Positions 1 through 12,101 of a stretch of 64,000 nt of DNA are shown here, piece after piece (the stretch's first letter is position 1; the number at the start of each line of letters is the position of its first letter). Where the stretch lies: positions 4,686,311-4,750,310 of the forward strand of contig NC_069002.1 in NCBI RefSeq assembly GCF_001194135.2, in the 5' to 3' direction. A program made the position numbers and the translations under genes. The notes beneath the pieces were generated by a model. The model had not been told where the DNA came from and did not search any database. It was given only the letters and a program-made list of their open reading frames with translations. This DNA comes from Octopus bimaculoides. Its lineage: Eukaryota.

Positions 1-39
<39 letters not shown>

Positions 40-47
<8 letters not shown>

Positions 48-190
48 TTGTGTGTCTGTGTTTGTCCCCCTAGCGTTGCTTGACAACCGATGCTGGTGTG
101 TTTATGTCCCCATCACCTAGCGGTTCGGCAAAAGAGACCGATAGAATAAGTACTAGGCTTACAAAGAATAAGTCCCGGGGTCGATTTGTA
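40..190 (+). mobile_element. SINE family A, 3' half
   Basis: ttgcttgacaaccgatgctggtgtgttta...aaagagaccgatagaataagtactaggcttacaaagaataagtcc is shared with many copies in the window. Confidence 0.8.
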
Positions 191-1058
191 CAAAATTAAA
201 AAAACCTGTAGTAAATAAACAAACGAACATATATATACTACACACACAGGCGAACAGAAAACACTGAAGGACACCAACTCCTGAGTAACCGGTCAGAAGG
301 TGGAACGCTATTTCAGCTAGCTAGCTAGCTAGATAGATAGATATAGATAGATGGGTGGATGGATGGGCGGGCGGACAGGTAAAGTGGTACAGGTTTCTCT
401 GTATATAGGGGGAGAGAAATCAACGGGATGGTCACAGCAGTAAAGACTATGATCTGCTGGATTGAGGCGGACCCGAAGAGGAATTTCAGTTTGCGCCACT
501 TTCTTTCTATCCCTTGTAATATACGCGTATGTGTGTATGTGCATGTATATGTGCGTATCTATATCAAAGTATGTGTATGCGTTAGACAGAAAGATAGAGG
601 GGCGACGGGATGGTGGAAGGAAGGACGTTGAAAAATGCCATATTCTAAAGACATGCGAACTGCCAGGAATTGGTAACATGCTTCATCAGCAAAAAATAAC
701 AAAATAAAATGAAGGGAAAAAAAATACATAGAATACACCCCCAGTTCATTCTTTCCTCCCCTCCTTTCTCAGGAATAACGAAATAAATGAAGAAGAAAAA
801 AAGGCAGAAGGGGAAGATAGAGCTAGAGAAGTGATGGTGGTATGAGGTGAAGGAAAACGGATGTTATTAAAATGTGGACGTACAAAGGAATGAAGGGAAC
901 TTAAACAAGCACAGTGCGTGTGTGTGTGTGAGTATGTATGTATGAATGCATGTATGTGTATGTATATGATCGTGTCAGTGTGCATCTATGTATCTATGCG
1001 CATACCTACATATATATATATGTACTTATATATACATCAACGCTGACATACACACGTA

Positions 1059-1110
<52 letters not shown>

Positions 1111-2276
1111 NNNNNNNNNNNNNNNNNNNNNNNNNNNNNNNNNNNNNNNNNNNNNNNNNNNNNNTGTGTGTGTGTGTGTGTGTATGTATGTATGAGTTAA
1201 AGACAGAGCTGGAAGATGTGTGTATAAACTAAAAAAGGGGGGGGGGAATTGGAGATGGCGGAAGTCTGTGTGTGTGTATGTATAAGGTGGAAGAGAGGAC
1301 GTGATTGTGTTTAAGCTTCTGTACGTCTATCTGTATGTGACGTTAGTGTGAAGAATGGCGGAATGGGAGCAAAATGGGCTAAAAGAATTGATTGAATGTC
1401 ATAAAACATCAGTTTATCTTATGTTTTGTTTTTTGTTCATTTTCTTTTACTTTTGCTCTTGTGTTCGTGTTTTTTTTTTTTGTTGCTGTTGTTTTTAGTT
1501 TTCATTCTTCTTGTCTCTACTTTGAAATGCGAGAACAGGCGTGGTCTGAGGTGAAGATGATGAAAGATGAGGTAGATGGAACAAGTGAAGAAGATGATGT
1601 GGGGAGGTGGAGAATATACAAAAGAGATCCACCTTCCATTTTCTTTCTATACAAATAACACTTCCTTCCCTTGAAATGATTTTTCTTTTCTCTTGTTTTC
1701 TTTTCCAAACATCTATCCCTTTCTTGTCTCTCTCTTCCTTCCATCCACGGTGATTGAGCATACAAAATACACAATGCATTAAAAACCACATACAACAAAC
1801 ACACACACACACATGAGATAGACTATTACATACGCATAGAAAGTATATACACACACGTTTTTGTGTGTGACGTACACAAGTATTACAAATGTGTTTGTGT
1901 AGATGCATAAAAAACGTAAAACCAGGAAAAAAAACTCGAAAGTCAGTCGTAGTTTGTGAAGCTTAAGCTCCAGAGAGAGAGACAGACAGACAGAGAGAGG
2001 CAGAGACAGACAGACAGGCAGAAATGAGTATGTTGTAAATGTGTAATTTTTTGTGAGCTGTAAAATCCGTATACTTTTCCCCTTTTACATGTGTGTGCAT
2101 GTATACGTTTGAACCACATGGTTCCGGCGCTTCGGGATTAACTGTTCCAAAAAATGAATTATTTCACGGTCTCTTGAAATCTATATAAGTGGAAATTTTT
2201 TTTTATGATGTAGGCAAACATACAATACTTGCCGGTAGGAATAAAGTTTGTAAAATGGATAGGCAATTTCGAAGGA

Positions 2277-2351
2277 TTGCTTTAGGTCTAACGGTAGAAT
2301 GCCTGTCATATCTACTAGAGGTCTGTGTTCGTGTCCCATAGGTAGCTTCCA
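2277..2351 (+). pseudogene. Highly degenerate tRNA-like sequence or SINE head
   Basis: A-box-like TAGGTCTAACGGTAGAAT, B-box-like GTTCGTGTCCC, ends CCA then a T run; stems are poorly preserved. Confidence 0.25.
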
Positions 2352-2778
2352 CTTTTTTTTTTCTATCCAAACGAATTTTTCAACCCGATATTTACATACT
2401 TATTATTTATAGGTTTATGTGTTTCGAAATGTATGTTCCGAAAAGAGAATAGTACCTTCACACACATATATATGTGTGTGTGTGTATGCGGTTGTGTATA
2501 TAAAACTGAAAGCCACTGTCTATTTTTATGAATAACTTTATAAGGACCCTCGCCCATGAACAAAAGTTATTTCCTGCAAATATTCTTCTGAATGTACAAA
2601 AATGAATGAATGCAAAATTGTAGGTGACAGTTTTGTACCAAGATGGCCGAAATTTTGTGTCGGAACACATCTTTACAACGAGATCGTAGCTAGTGCTGAA
2701 TTAATAATTTTCTCTTGTATAGGTGCAAAGCCTGACATTTAGGACAGAAGCATTCGATTACACACACACACACACACA

Positions 2779-2890
2779 CCGATAGAATAAGTACTAGGCT
2801 TACAAAGAATAAGTCCTGGGGTCGAGTTGCTCGACTAAAGGCGGTGCCCCAGCATGGCCGCAGTCAAATGACTGAAACAAGTAAAAGAGT
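2779..2890 (+). mobile_element. SINE family A, 3' end
   Basis: ccgatagaataagtact...ggcggtgccccagcatggccgcagtcaaatgactgaaacaagtaaaag. Confidence 0.8.
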
Positions 2891-3657
2891 AAGAGTATAT
2901 ATATATATATATATACACACGCATATATANNNNNNNNNNNNNNNNNNNNNNNNNNNNNNNNNNNNNNNNNNNNNNNNNNNNNNNNNNNNNNNNNNNNNNN
3001 NNNNNNNNNNNNNNNNNNNNNNNNNNNNNNNNNNNNNNNNNNNNNNNNNNNNNNNNNNNNNNNNNNNNNNNNNNNNNNNNNNNNNNNNNNNNNNNNNNNN
3101 NNNNNNNNNNNNNNNNNNNNNNNNNNNNNNNNNNNNNNNNNNNNNNNNNNNNNNNNNNNNNNNNNNNNNNNNNNNNNNNNNNNNNNNNNNNNNNNNNNNN
3201 NNNNNNNNNNNNNNNNNNNNNNNNNNNNNNNNNNNNNNNNNNNNNNNNNNNNNNNNNNNNNNNNNNNNNNNNNNNNNNNNNNNNNNNNNNNNNNNNNNNN
3301 NNNNNNNNNNNNNNNNNNNNNNNNNNNNNNNNNNNNNNNNNNNNNNNNNNNNNNNNNNNNNNNNNNNNNNNNNNNNNNNNNNNNNNNNNNNNNNNNNNNN
3401 NNNNNNNNNNNNNNNNNNNNNNNNNNNNNNNNNNNNNNNNNNNNNNNNNTACCGTCGACCTCCTCAGTTATCTGAAGGGTAAATAAACCCCTTAAGAAAT
3501 TTGGAGTCTAGGATCTCTCATCTCTTCGCCCCCTCCTCCTCTCTCATTCTCTCTCTTAATGATGTGTGAGTGTATGTTTGTACGTGCGTGTGCTTGAGCG
3601 TGTATGTGCACATAATGTAATATATATATGCATATATGTGCGTGTGTGTACATAATA

Positions 3658-3714
<57 letters not shown>

Positions 3715-4134
3715 AATACATACATTATACACATACATATATATGTGTGTATATGTATATATAAACACACATATGAGTGTGTGTTTCTGTGTATGCGTAT
3801 ACATAATGTATGTATAAAAACGCATATACATGTGTGTGTGTGTATCTGTCTATGTATGAATATATAAGTATACATCCGTATGTGTGTGTCACCTGAATGG
3901 AGGTTTATAAACGTTAGCAAGAGAATCAATCAATCGTCAACTTTGAACGAAAAAACAAAATATACCAACTTGTCCAGATAGGTCCCAAGTGAGTATATAT
4001 GACCTGCCAGAAATGTCGTGTCTATATGCCTTCGTACTTGTGTGTGTGTGTGTGTGTGTGTAGGAGTGGTTGTGTGGTAAGAATCTTGCTTCCCAATCAC
4101 ATGGTTCTGGGTTCAGTCCCACTGAAAACATAGA

Positions 4135-4335
4135 AAACGAAGGTCGACTTTGCCCTTCATTCTCTCGGAGTCGATAAATTAAGTACCAGTTGCGTACTGG
4201 AGTCGATCTAATCGACTGGCCCCTCCCCCAAAATTTCAGGCCTTGTGCCTATAGTAGANNNNNNNNNNCCCTCCCCCAAAATTTCAGGCCTTGTGCCTAT
4301 AGTAGAAAGGATTATTATTATTATTATTATTATTG
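4135..4335 (+). mobile_element. SINE family B, 3' part with (ATT)n tail
   Basis: gaaggtcgactttgcccttcat...aaaatttcaggccttgtgcctatagtagaaaggattattatt. Confidence 0.85.
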
Positions 4336-4344
4336 AGTATGAGT

Positions 4345-4825
4345 GTGTGTGTACACACACACAGCTGGAACGCAAGGCACTCCATGCACGTCGGCATATA
4401 ACCCAATATCGGAGATACGTGGACGACGCGTTTACTTTAACTTGCTCCAGGGATGAAGCGACCAGGATTCACAATATCTTCAGCTTCCACCACAGCATCC
4501 AGTTCGTCGTTGAATACTCGGCTGCTAATGAATAAGCTCGCTGAGCCTCTTGGACTTCAACGTCTCATTTCACATCGAGACATGCGACGATCCGCTTCTT
4601 CGACAAAGAGTCCAAGAAAGATATATATATTCTTCCACTCGGATTCGACATATCTGCAGGCGTTGAAGCACGATATGGCCTTTAACTAGTTGAACCGCCG
4701 ATAAGCAAGTGCGACAAGGCCGAAATAGAGAACCAGGTACGGACGGATTTCATTAAGATGGTGTGCCTAAGAGGATACAGATCTAGGTATGTCGAGAAAG
4801 TGTGTAACACTCTAAACACGTGACG
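4345..4825 (+). mobile_element. Decayed Penelope-like retroelement reverse transcriptase (palm end/thumb)
   Basis: Frameshifted translation YRRYVDDAF...HSIQFVVE..SLLDFNVSF..FFDKESKKDIY/FHSDS...CDKAEIENQV...LRGYRSRYVEK resembles the PLE pattern YVDD...HPxIQFTxE..LPFLD..VYRKPT...YLHFxSxHP...NGYP. Confidence 0.7.
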
Positions 4826-5200
4826 AGCGCGTGGACACCACAGAAAGACCATCACTAACGAGTAACAAGTACAAGGACGGGTTACATGAACTGAGTGTAG
4901 AGTGAGAGCTATACGTCGAATGAAAAAAAATGTGTTTGAAAAGAATACACACACAAAATGTTAAAATTATTTCTAATTGAGTCAGAAAGGCCATAAATTT
5001 GATATTAGTCGCAATATAATTTTAACAATATATTTTTTCCCTTCCCATTTCACACGATTGTATATATATTTCTCCCTCATTGTTTATGGGAGGAGTGGTT
5101 CGCACGCACGCATCTATCTATTTTTTTGCCATGTATATTCGTGTGTGCGTGTGCTTCAACCCAAACAGGTCTTCCCCAATGTGCGTATCTCTCTCTCTCT

Positions 5201-5234
<34 letters not shown>

Positions 5235-5318
5235 GAAATTTATATAAAAACAAAAGACGAAGACAGGTGTATGAACAAGCAAGTGTATTAGTTTGACCCT
5301 CGGGAAAACTGAAAAAGT

Positions 5319-5355
5319 CTTTTACGGTTTCGAGCCAACACTCCTCAACAGAAAG
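5319..5355 (-). ncRNA. Degenerate hammerhead-like motif
   Basis: CUUU-CUGUUGA-G-GAG(loop)CUC-GAAA-CC-GUA-AAAG. Confidence 0.35.
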
Positions 5356-5634
5356 GAATAAAAGGAAATAAACAGAGAGTGAATGAAAAAACAAAAACGT
5401 GTGGGGCTCAGCGGTCCAGCGCGGCGAATGATTGGGATAAAAAGAGGTTGACAGAAAGGGAGATAATAATAGTGCTAGTGACCACAAGAGAAGGTGCGCG
5501 TGTGTGGTAGCTGTTGCACTTAAAAGAGAACTGGGTTATATATATCTTATTTACATTCGGTTCTTATTCTTATTCTTAAATCTATATTTCTCCCAGCCAC
5601 TCGTTTTTATTTATCTTCGAGGATTACAACTGAT

Positions 5635-5830
5635 TGGAAACATCAGTTAAATCACCCTCAACTCCTCTAATCCTCATCGTCTTAGGAATAGACACATTTC
5701 CTTGTATTCCTTGGTTCACTGTTCAGAAGGAAGAGACGGGATGGTTACGGCTGGAATGCTTTTGAATATTGATAGGATTGCTCGATCAAAGTTGACTGCA
5801 CAAGTGGAATCTTCATAAACAAAACCCAAT
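5635..5830 (+). mobile_element. Dispersed repeat family F (probable SINE 3' half)
   Basis: The aaatcacc...ggatggttacggctggaatgc...gatc motif recurs at 17460-17650(-), 20430-20640(-), 38200-38400, 41390-41520 and 58560-58720(-). Confidence 0.55.
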
Positions 5831-5863
5831 AATTGACAAGTTCAGCAGCTTCATACTGTACAG

Positions 5864-6050
5864 CAGGGGTTCTCGACAAGGGTTCCTATGACCCTTTAAG
5901 GGTTCATATAAGATTTTGTCGCTAAAATTTATGTGCAATATACTTCTACAATGCGTAAAATATAATTCAACCGTTTTTTATACAATTCTTAACGTTTAAT
6001 TATAAAAATATAACGGAGTTTTTTTAACATTGAATGGCTATGAGGGTCCA
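5864..6050. mobile_element. hAT MITE, left part
   Basis: Starts CAGGGGTTCTCGAC; a related right end (ggttgagaaccactg) lies at ~38400-38503. Confidence 0.5.
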
Positions 6051-6116
6051 CTACGACCTCCTGGCAAGGGCGTTAGTTTCTCGTAGTTCATAGTCACCCG
6101 ACTAAATGAAACAAAA

Positions 6117-6490
6117 TACTGGTACTCCGTCGGTTGCGACGACGAGGGTTCCAGTTGATCCGATCAACGGAACAGCCTCCTCGTGAATTTAACATGCAAA
6201 TGGCTGAGAACACCACAAACACGCGTACACTTAACGTAGTTCTCGGGAGAGATTCAGCGTGACAAGGTTGGCTCTTTGAAATACAGGTACAATAGAAACA
6301 GGAAGAAAGAGTGAGAGAAAGTTGTGGTGAAAGAGTACAGCAGGGTTCGCTACCACCTCCCCTGCCGAAGCCTCGGGGAGCTTTAGATGCGTTCGCTCAA
6401 TAAACACTCACAACACCCGGTTGGGGAATCGAAACCGCGATCCTACGACTGCGAGTCTGCAGCCCTAACCACTGGGTCATTGCGCCTCCA
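6117..6490 (-). mobile_element. Full-length tRNA-derived SINE (family D)
   Basis: Head GGAGGCGCAATGACCCAGTGGTTAGGG...GGTTTCGATTCC (A and B boxes) followed by ~300 nt of body; a decayed relative lies at 33100-33400. Confidence 0.8.
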
Positions 6491-7747
6491 CACACACACA
6501 GATATGATAGTTTGTGTGTGTGTGTAAAGGAAAGTGTATGCACTCCGAGAATGCCTGAAATTCCAACCGTTGTGGTGGCCATTGTTTGACTGTCTGTCAC
6601 AAGACAAGTCAACCAGCCCCGACCCTAGCCAGCCCTCCACGAACTGTCAGCTGCTTCGAGAAGCCATCGTCTTTGTCTCGCCTGTGACACTGCCGTCGTC
6701 GTCAGTCTTATCATTATGGTCGTGGTGATCGTCGTTGTCTAGGTTGTCCTCTTCATCATCGCCGTTGTCGATCTCTTCCGTTATCACCATCCATCTTAAT
6801 CGTCGTCGTTTCTCCTAAGGCGATAAGCGGAGGAAAGAATGCATAAGTTCACAGCTCTCTAGACCACGCCTTCGCTCAAACCGGCGCGCGCACGAAATCG
6901 AGTCAATTCTCCTCTGCGTTGTCACAACCCAGATATGATGGCGAATTTTTTCTTCTTTTCTTTTAAATATTTCTTGGGTTTAATGGATGAAGGTTTGTCA
7001 ACACCCACGACCTTCTGATTCAGAGAAAGAAGGACGGGCAGGACTGCGTGTGTGACCGTCTTGTCCTCAAGAACCTCCGAAACTGAGGGGGCGAGAAGAG
7101 AGAGGAGCGATCCTTACATAGAGGGCAGCCGATTAGCAGTATCATTAGCGTCACGTGGTCTTTGTTTCTGCCATTTTCATTTCGAGTTCGACATTAATGA
7201 GAAGTTGTACCGACCCTTGTTGTTGGCTTGATCTTGTTCGAGAAAGAAGCAATGTCCACGGCTCTTGCAACCCCTCCTGGGCTGGTGAAAATGATTCTAT
7301 TAATATTTTTTTTTCTTCAATGCTTCCAAGAATAATATAAATGTGATAACTGCGGGGTCCAGAGAGGAGTTTGGACGCAACAAGTACGACATCTGTGCCG
7401 CAACAAAGGGGGAACATTACCACATGGGAAACTATTGGGTTCTGATGATGAAAAAATTTTTTTAAGGCTGGGAGAGAAAAGCAAACCATACCTAGGTGTG
7501 CACCCTTGTTTCTTCGCTCGTTCTTTTTTTGCTGATGAAGTTTTTCAGTGTTTTCATTGCCAAAACCCCCAAAATTGTAAGGGGTGCGCTTGCACCCCCC
7601 GACAACCCCTGTTCCCAAGCCTATTCGCTACCGAAAGTAACAAGGGAGCGTCTGTGCAACTCATCGGATTTCCTGCCGAAAAACATACGTCACATACACA
7701 GCACACACACACATAGATATGTATACGTACATTATGTACACATTTCT

Positions 7748-7793
7748 GGTATGCTGATGAAGCCTACTGAGGCAGAAACACGTGCTCACAACC
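7748..7793 (+). ncRNA. Degenerate hammerhead-like motif
   Basis: CUGAUGA-A-GCC UACUGA GGC-A-GAAA-CACGUG...CACAACC; a related remnant lies at ~21320-21360. Confidence 0.35.
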
Positions 7794-7977
7794 GTCTCTT
7801 TTCTTTCTTTCTTCAAACAGACTACCTTTTCGTTAATTGCATGTCAATTCTGAAGAATTCTTGAAATTATCTTCCTTCCTTAATCTGTGTTTGTCCCAGC
7901 TGCCACCAGTTGATTGATTTACCTTCCCTGGGGGCGAAGAGAATTTCAATAAATCACGATTTTATCTTGGTCTTACC

Positions 7978-8055
<78 letters not shown>

Positions 8056-8296
8056 NNNNNNNNNNNNNNNNNNNNNNNNNNNNNNNNNNNNNNNNNNNNN
8101 NNNNNNNNNNNNNNNNNNNNNNNNNNNNNNNNNNNNNNNNNNNNNNNNNNNNNNNNNNNNNNNNNNNNNNNNNNNNNNNNNNNNNNNNNNNNNNNNNNNN
8201 NNNNNNNNNNNNNNNNNNNNNNNNNNNNNNNNNNNNNNNNNNNNNNNNNNNNNNNNNNNNNNNNNNNNNNNNNNNNNNNNNNNNNNNNNNNNNNNN

Positions 8297-8385
8297 CACA
8301 AGGCTTTGGTCGGCTCGAGGCTTTAGTAGAAGACGTTTGCCAAAAGTACCACACAGTGGGATTGAACCCGGAACCATGTGATTGG
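8297..8385 (-). mobile_element. SINE family A, 5' part
   Basis: cacaaggctttggtcggc...gggattgaacccggaaccatgtg (reverse of the head). Confidence 0.75.
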
Positions 8386-9368
8386 TAAATCAATGTCAGT
8401 GATTTCATGAAGGGTATAAGCTAACGTGCAGCACGAACATTTGATCACAATGAACAAATCACTCAGTACAGGTTGTTCAGTAAGAAATTGCAGAACCGTC
8501 TTTCTCAGACTTGAGAGCCCAACGTTAATGTGTGTGTGTGTGTGTCTTTCTCCCTCCACTCTCTCTCTCTTTGCGCATGTACCACAGACATTTTTGTTTT
8601 CTAAAATTTACTCGAGATATAATATAGTAGCAAGTTCTTGTGGCAGTCGTTTCTTTGCGCTCTCATAAATCAAAAACACTTTTTCCCCTTCGTTTTATTT
8701 ATTCATTTATTTACTTTTGTGGTATGGGTCATGGCGATGATGATGATGATGATGATGACGACGACGATGGCGATGGTAAAGGTAGTAGTGGTGATGATGA
8801 TGACGATGATGAAAGTGGTGGTGTTAGTGGTGGCAGCGGTCTGAAGCATAAATCGTGGGGTTAGGTGTCAACGCGTGAAAATCTGAAAAATTCATTACAA
8901 CATAACGTATATGATTTATTTTCGCTGCTGCTAAAATGTTTTCATTTCGTTTTGCTTATTGCAATACACTCCTGTTATAATTTATTCGACACATAACTAA
9001 ACATGTGCGTACGTGAGTGTATATAATATACAATAATATACTGTATATATTGTATATATTATATAGACAAGCACTATAAATAACTAATGATGTAAAACAC
9101 CATTAAAATGATAATAAAAATAATAATAACGATTAAAAAATAAATGTAAACTGAGAATAAAATTTGTTGAGTGCAAAGAAGCAAAATCTTTGAAGTCGTC
9201 TTTGAATTGCGTTTCTGTGTATCATTAGAGCTACGTCGTAGAGGAAATTTTCCATAAATTGTTTTCAAAAGAGAAAGATTCGAAAACATGTATGTATGAT
9301 TGAAGTTTGGTGGATAAGTGCAGGCAAAGACCTACGCGGTTGCTCCAAATTGCTGAGCTTTATTATTG

Positions 9369-9672
9369 CAGTGCTTCTCAAACTATCTGATGTGGCGTAC
9401 CGGCAGTTTTTTTCCCCAATGTGTCAGGGACCGGTAATGTTTCTTAGTAATATTAATTTATACCGGAAACGATATATATATATATAATGTATATAATAAA
9501 AGTTGACAATTTTTTAATCTTATGTTTATTTTGTAAACAAATAATACAAATAATACAATATTTCATAAGCATTTTATAATGTTTCTTTCCTTTCTGGAAA
9601 CTCGTCGCGGACCGGTAGCTGATGTCTCGTGGATCAGCACCGATTCGCGGACCACCACTTCGAGTAGCACTA
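9369..9672. mobile_element. hAT-type MITE
   Basis: Termini CAGTGCTTCTCAAAC ... CTTCGAGTAGCACTA (imperfect TIR); flanks tattattg/tagtagag match 5 of 8; a near-identical right end occurs at 62085-62180. Confidence 0.7.
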
Positions 9673-9739
9673 TAGTAGAGGACGCATGTTCTTAACGCCT
9701 TGCCTATCCTGTTTGTCACGTGATACACAGGACATATTT

Positions 9740-9960
9740 CCATGGGTCCATGCATCATAAAGGTTAAAGACTTCCTTCGGCCATGAATGATCATGAGATT
9801 GTTCCCTTCCTAGACACAAGTCCGGGCAAGGCTGGTTGTTTTTTTATGGAAGACCAGCAGTTGCCCATGCATACCAACCTCTTCGCTCCTCTTCCACGTC
9901 ACTGATGTTGTCTAAGGGAAAAGCAAAGCGGCCGATACAGCTTGGCTCCAGTGACGGCAG
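9740..9960 (-). mobile_element. Dispersed SINE-like body (family G)
   Basis: gacttccttcggccatgaatg...ggccgatacagcttggctccagtgacg; recognised from memory as a cephalopod repeat, with no second copy in the window to confirm. Confidence 0.45.
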
Positions 9961-10232
9961 AATATCACTTTTATAACTTTCGGTTTAAACTTATTTTACA
10001 CACACACACATATATATATATACTCTCGTTTACTGAGATGTTACTCGTAATTCTTTCACACACCCACACACACACACACGTGCATACAGATACATGCAAA
10101 CATATATAATTTATCATTTTTATCCAGTTTAATCTACCTTAACGATTTCAGCGTTCATATTTGAGTGTTTTCTCTAAATGCGTCAAATTAACAGGCAAAC
10201 ACTGTGTACATAAGATTTTATGTCGATATATA

Positions 10233-10271
<39 letters not shown>

Positions 10272-10709
10272 CTCTCTCTCTCTCTCAACATTTATATATG
10301 TATGTCTAAATGTGCGTTTGTGTACGCAAATTTTTTGATCGTGAAAATTAAATCACAACGTTTGATAAGATAATAAATAATATGAAAATAAAAAGAAGAG
10401 AAACGCTATGAAGTTTTAGGAAAGAGCGGGAAAATCACGTAAAAAAAAATCAGTGGGTTGTAAAGAAAGGTTATGGCCGACTTCACATCCATTCATTTCA
10501 TCGTGTGTAAGCGATGCCGACCACGATATCTCAACCTACTGTTGCATAAAAGGACACAGTCTTGTGTGTGTGTGTGTATATATATTACATTGTATATGGT
10601 GTGTGTGTGTTTTGTACACACATACGATCACTTTCGCACGCACGCTCCGCCTCTTTTCTCTCCCCTTCCCCCTTTGTATCTCTCTAATTGTAGTTGACAT
10701 TGTGTAAAT

Positions 10710-10742
<33 letters not shown>

Positions 10743-10869
10743 AACACGCACCTATGCGCGCGCACATACACACACATATTCGAACACAATGTACTTTCTG
10801 TGTCTCTTGTATATACTGCCATACGCACCGCACAATATATGTCGTTGTATGTGTCTCTATACACACACA

Positions 10870-10925
10870 TACATGCGGGGTGCTGAAAAGTTCCCCCTAG
10901 CTTTGGGTAAAGGAAAACAGACTCA
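10870..10925. mobile_element. Tc1/mariner terminal fragment
   Basis: tacatgcggggtgctgaaaagttcc resembles mariner TIR starts. Confidence 0.45.
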
Positions 10926-10939
10926 ATTATGATTTTCTG

Positions 10940-11391
10940 CCGTGGTCAACTTTGCTTTTCATCCTTTCGGGGTCGGTAAAATAAGTACCAGTTGAGTACT
11001 GGGGTCGATGCAAATTTTAGGCTTAGTGCCTATAGCAGAAAGGATTATTATTGCCTTTCATGTTTTTGAGGTCAATAAATTAAGTACCGGTGAAACACGG
11101 GTCGATGTAATCGACTAGTCCTCTCCCCACCAAATTTCAAACGTTGCGCCTATAACAGAAAAGATTATTATTAAGGCGGTGAGATGGCAGAATCGTTAGC
11201 ACACCGGGCGAAATGCTTAGCACTATTTCACCTGTTGCTACGTTCTGAGTTCAAATTCCGCCGAGGTCGACTTTGCCTTTCATCCTTTCAAGGTCGATAA
11301 ATTAAAGTACCAGTTGCGTACTGGAGTCGATCTAATCGACTGGTCCCCTCTCCAAAAATTTTGGGCCTTGTGTCTCGAGTAGAAAAGACTG

Positions 11392-11426
<35 letters not shown>

Positions 11427-11590
11427 GGCCCCGAGATAGCAGAATTGTTAACATGCCGCAGTCGATGCTTAGCGGATATTTCTTGCAGTTTTATGTCCTG
11501 AGTTCAAATTCGGCTGAGGTCGACTTTGCCTTTCATCCTTTCAAGGGGTCGATAAAATAAAGTATCAATTAAGCACTGAGGGTGGGGGAT
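10940..11590 (+). mobile_element. Cluster of four head-to-tail SINE family B copies
   Basis: Copies at ~10940-11050, 11052-11172, 11175-11424 (full: ggcggtgagatggcagaatcgttagc...) and 11425-11590; each begins after the previous ATT tail. Confidence 0.85.
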
Positions 11591-12070
11591 AGGCGTNNNN
11601 NNNNNNNNNNNNNNNNNNNNNNNNNNNNNNCAACACCACCACCACCATCATTTATACTATTAGCAGCACTACGTCTATATTAACACCTCTCCCGCCCTCA
11701 TCACTAACACTACCGCTTCCACTAGCACGATACCATCACCATCACCACTACGATACTAGCGTCACCACTGCTATAACACCGTTATACAATCGCTGCCGCC
11801 GTCATCGCCACCACCACCACCGCTATCATCATTACCGGTGAACCATTGATATAACTGACAGCTGCCATAACTAATGAATGAAACGGTCCCGTTAGTGTTG
11901 GCTACACAAACGCACAGATACATACAACAGATACGTACACAGACAGAAACATACATTATTTGTGACGGGGAGGGAGGGAACAGAATGACTTGTTGTCTGT
12001 GCGTAATTTTACGTTATGCTGTTGTTCCACTGATCACACACACACACACACACTCATAGCACGCAATGTC

Positions 12071-12101
<31 letters not shown>

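Noticed and set aside
4220-4310. Direct duplication of the SINE-B 3' end
   Set aside because: The two copies flank a 10-N gap, so this is probably an unmerged contig overlap (assembly artefact).
7151-7618. 155-aa minus-strand ORF
   Set aside because: No recognisable domain or coherent splice frame, and it crosses a T9 run; kept only as part of the unique-island finding.
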